A stretch of DNA of 64,000 nt from Octopus vulgaris (taxonomy: Eukaryota): assembly GCA_951406725.2 (NCBI GenBank), contig OX597816.1, positions 67,332,001 through 67,396,000 of the forward strand. Reading direction: 5' to 3'. The notes beneath the pieces were generated by a model. That model made no database searches. It saw nothing but the letters and a program-made list of their open reading frames with translations, and was not told the origin of the DNA. Of the stretch, positions 48,901-64,000 are shown piece by piece. Numbering within the stretch: the stretch's first letter is position 1; each line of letters opens with the position of its first letter. A program made the position numbers and the translations under genes.

Positions 48901-51900
48901 CTTTAAAACACCCCTTCCAAGTTCGTGCAGCATTTAGTTTTGATTAAATTTGCGTTTGATCAAACGCCATTTTGCTGTTTAACTTGGGTTAGCCCTAAAT
49001 ATGTGGGCAGTCCATTGCAACCGTTTTTTAGACTGTAGCGTGTGAGTTGAAGGAATTTAGCTGTTATTTGTAACAAGTTGAGTGTCCACATAGACTCCCT
49101 CATTAATTTGACACTTGTATTTATATATAATTGTAAGTAGATGTTAAAGCATGGCTATGTGGTTGAATAGCTTGCTTCCCAACTATGGAGTCTTAGGTTT
49201 AGTCTCACTGCGTGGTACCTTCAGCAAGTGTCTTTTACTATAGCCCTAGGCTGACCAAAGCTTTGTGAGTGTATTTGGTAGTTGAAAATTGAAAGCAATC
49301 CGTTGTGTACCTTTGTTTTGACATCATATGATAGTTGTAAATGAGTGCCACCTTCCTAAAAACGATGTTGTCCACTTCTAGTTTTCCATGGGGAAATATT
49401 AGCCCTGCTTGGAAACAGGTAAGGGTTGCTGATGGGAAGGACATCAGGTCATAGAAAAACTGCCCCAACAAATTCTATTGGATCCATGTAAGCAAGGAAT
49501 AATGGACTTTAAATGATGATATTTCCTTTGATACTTATTTTATTCTAAAGAAATGAAAAGTTGGTGTTGCAAATGTTTTGGTTCTCCTAATACTAGACGG
49601 AAATGTCATCAAATGGATGGGAGGTTGATTAGCTTTAGGTCAGACCTGATGGAGAAGATCTATTGTCATAAGCATTCCAGCCATGATACTTCAATATCTT
49701 TATTTTTCAATTCTCCAATTGGTTTTCTTTAAAGAGCTCTTAGGGTATGAGTTTATGGAAATTTGGCTGCTATTTCTAGCAGGTCAGTTGATTATGCACA
49801 GGCTCTTTGTTGGTTCATAATTATGGGATGATGTTGATATAGAAATAAAGCTTTGCTATTTGGCTAAATTCTAATTGTTAATTCAAATTGTAGAATGCTG
49901 TATTTCTTCTGTCAGTTCTTCATCTTGTTTTATTATACATGGAAATTGAAGTAATATGTTGAACATCAATAACACTACTACTTAATCCATAATGTGTACA
50001 ATATGAGTAAAATTAGAAGTGCACTGGTAAACAGCTCCAGTATATCATAGATTGGAAGGGGACTTGGTTGAGGCTGCATTTTTATGGCTAAGATGCTGTT
50101 CCTGTCACTAATCCTTACCTATTTAACAAGTAAGGTATTTTTTTTTTTTACTCCACTACTTAGAGAGTGCACAGCTACAGGATGTGATGTTTAGGAATGC
50201 AATCATTTATTTTTACCAAGACAATTTCATGTGAGAAAACATGCATGTGTATGTGCTCAGACACAAACATACATATGTATATGTGAGAGACTGAGTTTCC
50301 ATTTCGCTTGCAAGGCATGGGTTGGCCTGAGGTAATAGAAGACACTTGTGCAAGATGCCTTGCTGTGAGACTGAACCACTGACCATGTGGTTTTAAACTG
50401 AACTTTTTATTCGTCGTTATCTTACGAGGTAAAGATTCCCTAATCTATTCATTTGTAACTTTTCCTGTGGGAAGAACTGACTCAGTCCTGCTAATCAACA
50501 GGATGCATGTCGATTTCCCAGAGCTGGTGCTGTTTGTTTACAATGAGGGACCATTGAATATTATATGTCTTGTCTATGGACACAAATGAACAGCTAACCT
50601 TTTGAATAGTTGTATTGTGCAGTACATTAAACATCTAACTTTATTTATTAACTTCACAGATATGTTGTTTCTTCTCTTATAATGGCTTCTTACCTAGTTC
50701 TTGTTAGCTCCATATATCTGTCCATCCCATTCTCCTTACCATCTTCCCTCTTCCAAGCACTGCACAAAATAGTCAATCTTCCCCTGCAATTCATTGGAAT
50801 TCTCTCTCTTCAAGTGTTTTTCTTCACAGACATTGACCTCCTTTTCCAGTGTTGGATGACCTATAAAACCCACAATCATAGTTCCTTCATTGCCTACAAA
50901 ATATTAGTGGATAACACTGTTGTTTTATATCAATCTGATCATGTTAGTGTTGAATATGGCTATTTTCTTGTAAATCTCTCCACTCTTCATACAGTAGAGA
51001 TGGTCCTATTTTCGTTCAGTCTAAGATATGATTTGCATAGGGTCATAATGTACTAGCTGTCAAACAACTTGAACTCTTTACCATGTAATCTACAGTCCAA
51101 TACTCAATTTTGAACCTGTATGCATAATTTTAATGTTTGGGCTATATGTTGTAATTATATTATATACAAAAGATGAAATGATTAAGCGAACACCAGTTTA
51201 TGAGTGAGTTTTGCTATAGATATTACTTTTTTTGTTCTAAGCTACTGTTATACATGCCTTGAGATTAATTACTAGATATTCTACCAAATCCATTCACAAG
51301 GCTTTGGTCAGCCTGGGGTTATAGTCGAAGACATTTACCTAAGGTGTCACATGGTGGCACGTAAAAAGCACCCACTACACTCACGGAGTGGTTAGCGTTA
51401 GGAAGGGCATCCAGCTGTAGAAACACTGCCAGATCAGACTGGGCCTGGTGCAGCCTCCTGGCTTCCCAGACCCCAGTCGAACCATCCAACCCATGCTAGC
51501 ATGGAAAGCGGATGTTAAACGATGATGATGATGTCACATAGTGGAATTGAACCCAGAATCATGTGGTTGGGAAGTAAACTTTCTACCACACAGCCATGCC
51601 TGTGCTTATTTAATAAATATAAATATTTTTGTAAGATAGTGGAAATCCTTAGCTTATAGTATACAATTTGTAAAATTGTAGATAATCTGACTAGACAGGA
51701 GCCCCAGCTATGACCATTATTCTTTTCAGTGTTCCTCTTACTATTATATTTAATTTTTAAAAGTAGAAGGGTGTGACTTGAAGGAAATTTTGGCTGCTGT
51801 TTCTAGCATGGCTTATAGATGCATCTTTTTGTTAGATTAGATCAAGAAAATGTAAATTCTTAATCCCAAGGGGTTTTTGTAAGGGTTGTGGGTCAGCTCT

Positions 51901-53454
51901 GGTTTCATGGCATTGAGTGAACAAGCAACGAACCTCATTACTGAGCCAGGTGGAGCTGGTTTAAAAATATTTCAATTTTGTTGCTAATAAATTACTTTAC
52001 CTGTTTCAGTCAACCCAGTTCAGGCTATTTTTATCACTCCTTTGTATTGAATTAGGTTATTCTGTAATGCAATGCACAGAATGTCTCTCCCACACAGTTA
52101 CAATACCTAATCATTGAGTGGCTATAGACTGTATACAACCTGGCTTGTGTGCACGAGTGATCTTGCTTACATTCCAACTGGTGATAATCAAACTGATCAA
52201 ATCTGTAGTTTTTTAGAACTTAATCTGGGAAAGGTGACAATATTCATGGCCTTCGCATGTTCTCTCAGACTGGTCCACCCTGAACATGTGTAGGGAAAAA
52301 TATGGTTTGGGAAGCCAGAAGGCTGCACCAGGCTCCAGTCTAAATTTGGCAATGTTTCTACAGCTGGATGCCCTTCCTAACGCCAAAGAACATGTGTAGG
52401 GAAAAATATGGTTTGACAGATTGCTATAGAGTGAATTTCACTTATAGTACTTTAGGTGGTACCTGTTAACTGGGTGGCAGACAAGCATAGTAGTTTTGGC
52501 TACAAAGTTTTTTTTACAGCTAAACCATTTAAAAAAAAAAAAAAAAAAAAATCCATCAATCTATCTTTTTTGTTTACTATTCCTGGGAGAGTTATGAAGG
52601 TAGGGTTCTCAAACATTTCCTCCATAGTTCTTTCAGAAGCAACTGTCAGACTTTCTGGGGGTGACTGAGATTATGGATATTATCCAACTATTTCATTCTT
52701 GGTCTACCCCTAGGTTTCTTGCTTGTTGGCTCAGCTTGAAGACTCCATCTTGCAATGCCTGCCTGCGACATTCTAACATTGCATGTCTGTAGCACAAGAG
52801 CTATGACCTCTTAATGTGAAGAAACAACTTGAACTGGAGGGACTCCCTGAATTCTGAGAAACACATCATCATCATCATCGTTTAACGTCCACTTCCCATG
52901 CTGGCATGGGTTGGACGATTTTGACTGAGGGCTGGTGAACCAGATGGCTGCACCAGGCTCCAATCTTGATTTGGCAGAGTTTCTACAGCTGGATGCTCTT
53001 CCTAATGCCAACCACTCCAAGAGTGTAGTGGGTGCTTTTTACGTGCCACTGGCATGGAAGCCAGTTGGCTGCTCTGCTGTTAAGTAATGTTATTCCGGAA
53101 ATCCTTCAGAGAAACACTGTTTTAGCCACTTTTATCCACAATCATACTTTTTTTCCTTATTAGATTGAATTAACCTTTTTTTTTCAATGTAGCTCTGTGC
53201 CTCTTTTTGCTACTCTGTTTAAATGCCTGTTAACTTTGTACTTATTTATTTACATATTGCTTGCAGGTCAGCCTCATGAAGGTTCTTGTTATGCAGCACA
53301 GAAAGATCTCCTGATGGCCATGCATAGAGTTGAACATGTCAAAAGCAGACTTAATGAACTTGAAAAAATTCACAATGAACATTTACATGGTTACCTTGCA
53401 TCTGCTCCACAAGGCTCTGGCATGCGCAGGCCATTTCAATCATCACAGATTTAA
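41431..53454 (+). CDS. MED11: Mediator of RNA polymerase II transcription subunit 11, complete, 3 exons, 135 aa
   Basis: join(41431..41509,47476..47616,53267..53454). MGSGPVERLRQLEMIERDIA...ELSKDK...QINYLTQVSTGQPHEGSCY...MAMHRVEHVK matches the MED11 hallmark YLTQV.TGQPHEGS.Y. Confidence 0.97.
43527..43886 (+). mobile_element. Non-autonomous Helitron (copy C)
   Basis: A|TCTCTATATATAAACGG... body like B and D; ends hairpin + CTTG (variant of CTAG). Confidence 0.85.
43883..44583. repeat. Near-perfect 701-bp palindrome (arms ~348 bp, 5-nt loop)
   Basis: Positions pair with sum 88466; identical peptides appear on both strands in the ORF track (43709..44134+ and 44332..44580-). Confidence 0.97.
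45190..45345 (-). mobile_element. RTE RT fragment
   Basis: KLLDQVVKVIERIILQLIRKSISDEMQFG..GR.T. Confidence 0.7.
47476..47616 (+). CDS. MED11: MED11 exon 2
   Basis: Acceptor aatttaag; GQALQELSKDKP...QINYLTQVST; donor G|gtaagt. Confidence 0.95.
53267..53454 (+). CDS. MED11: MED11 exon 3
   Basis: Acceptor ttgcag; GQPHEGSCYAAQKD...QSSQI then TAA. Confidence 0.95.
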
Positions 53455-56400
53455 GCTGAGTTAGCAACATGGAAGCTGGGCTTCATTTGATATAGTAGGT
53501 ACCTAGTCTTGTACTTAATTCATATCAAGCCTCCAAGGAGTGATTATCTGCTTTCATCATCATCATTTAACATCTGTTTTCCATGCTGGCATGTCAAGAA
53601 AAAAGAATGTGAATTAAGATGGAAGCATGTAGGGATTTTTGAAAAGGGCACAGAACTTTTGGTAAATAAGATTCTTGCCCAAAGAAACAATACATCAAAC
53701 CAGTATTTCATAGACTGTATACATTGATTTCTTATACAAAATATTTCCCTTCTTCCTAAAAGCCTTTGAAGAAATCAGAGTAAGTGCTTGGCTGTTAGAT
53801 TCTCCTGTCAGGTTTCAGCTTCAACATCAGTCCCTGTATTAATCTTAAATGCACCATCACATCTAATTCTCACATGACCCTAAAGTTGTCATTACATCTA
53901 AAGAATCATTATCAAAAGACTTAATTTTATGAAATAAAGTGTCTTTTCTATACTTATTACATATATTTCTTCTGTTGTTGTATGTCAAATTTAGCAGAAA
54001 CTGAACATACCTTCGTAGCTAGAAAGAGCAGTCAAATCTCCAAATTACATTTGAAAATTAAGATTTGACTGCTAGATAGAACCAGGGAAGTGACACAATA
54101 TGAACCCATGTGATATTAAACATCTCTTTGATATCTTCTCTTACTCCAAGTGATAGTCCACAATACTAGTTTATTTCACTTTAGCTAGTCACTATCCATT
54201 ATTGCAGAGTCAGCAAGATCATTAAATCTAAGATTGAATTATTGTAGATATTACCTAATGAAACATATGACTTTTTTTTTTTTTACAAAGCTCTTCCAAC
54301 ACCATGTACTCTAGCTTAAATTTTGTGCTTCGAAAGAGTGACTACATTGTATATTTGATCTTCACAAAAACAGCATTTTATACTCAAGGACTATCAGCTG
54401 AGAAAGTCTGCACTCTTACAGTGAAACACAAAGTGTGCTGAACCTACAAACAAGTTATTGCACGTGTCTACCTGGCCCAAACAAAGTTGACTAGTGCTAC
54501 TGAACAATGAAAAACTGAGGATGGCAAAAATAAACAGTTTCTTCTTGAGAAGAATTTTTCTTTTTAATGAGAACAAAATTGTGAAAAAATACAGGAATTT
54601 CTTTGGAAAAGCAGAAATTAACAAGGAAAGAACAATGCAAAAGAAAAAATGGAAAATTATATATAAATAACAACAACAGAAGGAGAACAAAAATCATTTA
54701 ATAAACAAATCAATTTTTGTTGAGGTGGTTTTTTTCCCCCCCTTTTTTTTGGTGAGTTTTTTTTTTAAAGAAAATCAGCTTTAGATTTTGTTCTGTTTAT
54801 AACAGAAGAAAAAAAAATTATATTGAAGAGTGTTGGTCTAATTTATCTTCTTTCAAGAAACAAATTTAGAACTATAGGCAGAATTAGTGAGGTTAAAAAA
54901 AATTATAGATGCTCAACTTATTCAGAATTCTTTTCAATGAAGAATATTAGTTTTGTTTTAGTAAACCTTTATCAACAACAGTCACGATGGCCTCATATAG
55001 GGGTTACTTTGTAAGGCTATCATGAGTCAACAATATTGGAGGGAGGGAGAGGATATTTTTCAGCTAATCTTTCTATTTAATAATAATAATAATAATAATA
55101 ATAAAGCCTAAAAATAACCAGTTACTGGACGATATTTTTTTATACATTGCATGATTAAGGCTGTTCTTAAAAATAAAAATATAAAGATCATAGGGGCATG
55201 TCTTTATGAAATCTTAAGTAAAAAGGGGCAAACAAAAGTCAGAAAATACATTTGAAAAATTAGAATAATATGTGCAAAATGTAATTAAACTAACTGTACA
55301 TGATTGAAGCAAATTTGTTAAACATTGGAAAAACAAAAAGACAAATTAGAAACCAGGCCAATGCATAAAAAATACAATAAAGAAGAGGGAGAAAAAAGAT
55401 TGTGATGTTTTATAAAATATATCTATGAGACGAGGAGAAAGGGAGTAGGGGACAAAGAAAAAAAAAGGCAAGTTAGAATGATTTATAGTCATTGCATAAC
55501 CAAGAAACCTCCATATTCTAACCTTTAAGACAATAAGTTACACCCAGAAACTCTGATGAGGATTTTAGTTGCCTAAAAAAATAAAATAACAAATAATCAA
55601 AGAAAAGAGAAAAAAAAGTTATACTGAAGAAACACTATTTCATAATAGTAATGTTTTAATCTTACAGTTTGGACACAGATTCAATCTAATTTGTCCACAT
55701 ACATCCACAGGTTGGTTGTTTCTAACCACTGTTGTCTTCATCTTTGAATACATTCCAGAAATGGTGCAGAGAGGTTTCAAAGGACAGTCAATTTTGACAG
55801 TTTCTTCCCCATTTTTTTCTTCCTTCTTCTGTAATTGGGGGAGATTTAATTTTGTTATTGAAATAATTTTGTTTTGGGGTTGTTGGTTGTTGTTTTCTAT
55901 TTAAGCAAATATAGCAGCTGATGCTCTTGTTAGGATGTCCTGCTTTAATTTTTTTTTTATTTTTAGTTCCCTGCTTCACAAACTCCAGAAACATACAAGA
56001 ATCCATTAGTGCTCAAATGAAGAAAGAAAAAGAAAGCAGCTTATGTAGTTCTTATATATAACATTATATATACACACATACATGCATGCATGTGCCTAGT
56101 TAAGTACATACATACAAAGACAGACAGATAAGAGGCAGGCATGAGAAAAAGCAGGAAGGGAGAAATAAATAGGATTAAAAAAAAAAGTTAAAAGCCCATG
56201 TGTAGAAGAATAGTTTTTTACATTTTCTGTTTTTGAAAGAGCTGCTGAACCAAAAAAATATATGTATATATAAGAACCTTATATTTTGTTCAATTACCAG
56301 TACTCTTTTTTTCCCTCATAAAAATACCAGTTTTATGTGAAACACAAAATATACTAGAGCAGTCTTCTGAGTGACAAAGAAAACTGATTATATAAGCTTA

Positions 56401-57341
56401 GATTTAAGACTTTCTTTTAATATTTAATTTTAGAGAATTACACATTTACTCTATTGAATACCCTCTCTCATATATTATATATATGTGTGTACAGGTTTTT
56501 GTATAAATTTAGCTACCTGGTGTTTCATGCAGGTGTTGCTCTTTCATGCTGTCTGAGTGAATGCTGCACATGAAACAATGTAGCTCTGCTATACTTAGAG
56601 AGAAGTCTTTCTTAATTTGCATTTCTAAAACAGTGCGTTGCTGAAGTGTTTGTTTGTAATTCATTTTTAGCTGATGATACATCTAGGTGCTACTCAAAGT
56701 TTCTTGTTTCCATGTGTTTGTCAAGTGAACACGAAAGCAAGGAACAAAGTTGCAATGGAATGAATCATGAAGCTTCAAATGCATAAAATAGCTACATGTA
56801 TTATGTTTTTTCCCCTATTTGTATGAGATTATATATAGTTTAATTTTCATTAATTATTAAGGTGCCTAATATTACCAATATCTACCTATATTTGGAGCAA
56901 GGAGAAGAGTAATGAATTTTGAGTAATATAATTTAGAGATACAAGACAGCCACTGTTAATTTAGGTAATGAAGAATATTAATTAATTAATTAAAATAAGC
57001 TGTTTCAGGTTGACAAACTGAACCTGTAGACAAATGGAGAGAGAAGGAAGTAAACTTATTTAAATACATATGTATGTATGTGTGTATGTTTGTGAAGATG
57101 TGTTACTTGGTTTTACATTTAATAGTATTTGAAGAAGTTAACTAACCTTTCATTAATTGCAACTAAAAATAGCAGCTGTTTGTAAAAAGACAGAGAGAGG
57201 GGGAAAGTGAGAAAACAACAACAACAACCAAAGTGAAAAATGTTGAGCACAGGTGTCTGTATGATGATGAATTTTGGTAGAAGTGGTGGAGGTGTCATTA
57301 GCAAATCTCTCAAATAGATAAATCAGTGTACTGTACACACA

Positions 57342-63440
<6,099 letters not shown>

Positions 63441-64000
63441 CTAGAATTAAATACAAACTAAGTTAAAGCAGCAAAAACACAAAAACAAATACATATTTTC
63501 AAAAAATTAATACACAAACACACTAGAACTTCTGAAGTATGGTATACAAGAATATTTTATTTTGGTATTTGGTTTGCAAAATTCTTGATGTGACTTGTGC
63601 ATTGAAACCTATTTTGCTATTTCTTGGGAGGATCATTTAACCAATTGACAAATAAAAACAGAGAACTGAAATAGAACCTGTGCAAGTGTTTATTATTGGC
63701 ATAGTGACCCTACTGCAATACAAATAGAAAAAGGTATTCAAGAAATCTTTTAGTTGTATCTACACTACCTTCCAACCAATATTTCTATTAGTCATTTTCA
63801 GGTGGTGTATTTTTAATGAAATATTTCCTCTGCATCTATTTAGGGATTTTTATTACTCACAGGGTTCATATTCTCTGATCCACTGTTCAACTGTCATGCA
63901 AGACTGCACTATTTGAATCACTTTGATGTTTTTAAAATCAAAATTGAAATCTCACACACTAAACCTGAATAACAGAAACTTCAAGAGTTTGTCAAGTCTG

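Noticed and set aside
53390-53454. MED11 C-terminal extension relative to human
   Set aside because: Short low-complexity tails vary among MED11 orthologues; no evidence of special function.

Overview
AT-rich, repeat-saturated animal genomic DNA. The SINE/RTE repertoire and microsatellite-linked repeats suggest an octopod cephalopod (inference). Three spliced genes were assembled by hand, with GT-AG sites and intron phases checked. (1) The 3' 15 exons (~1762 aa) of a probable ICE1 / little elongation complex subunit 1 gene (+, 732-35276), with a 3.57-kb exon containing a 26x heptad repeat and two internal duplications. (2) A complete 3-exon MED11 gene (+, 41431-53454, 135 aa). (3) The last three coding exons of a convergent ARL8 gene (-, 57342-63440). 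Introns hold tRNA-derived SINEs, RTE and CR1 LINE 3' ends, mariner/piggyBac-type elements, Penelope-like GIY-YIG remnants and four non-autonomous Helitrons. Most unusual: these Helitrons end in a 39-nt palindrome that includes the terminal CTAG and occurs in two loop isomers (AAC and GTT, flip/flop). One copy is followed by a near-perfect 701-bp fold-back inverted duplication centred on a second, flipped copy of that hairpin, inside MED11 intron 1. No database searches were run.
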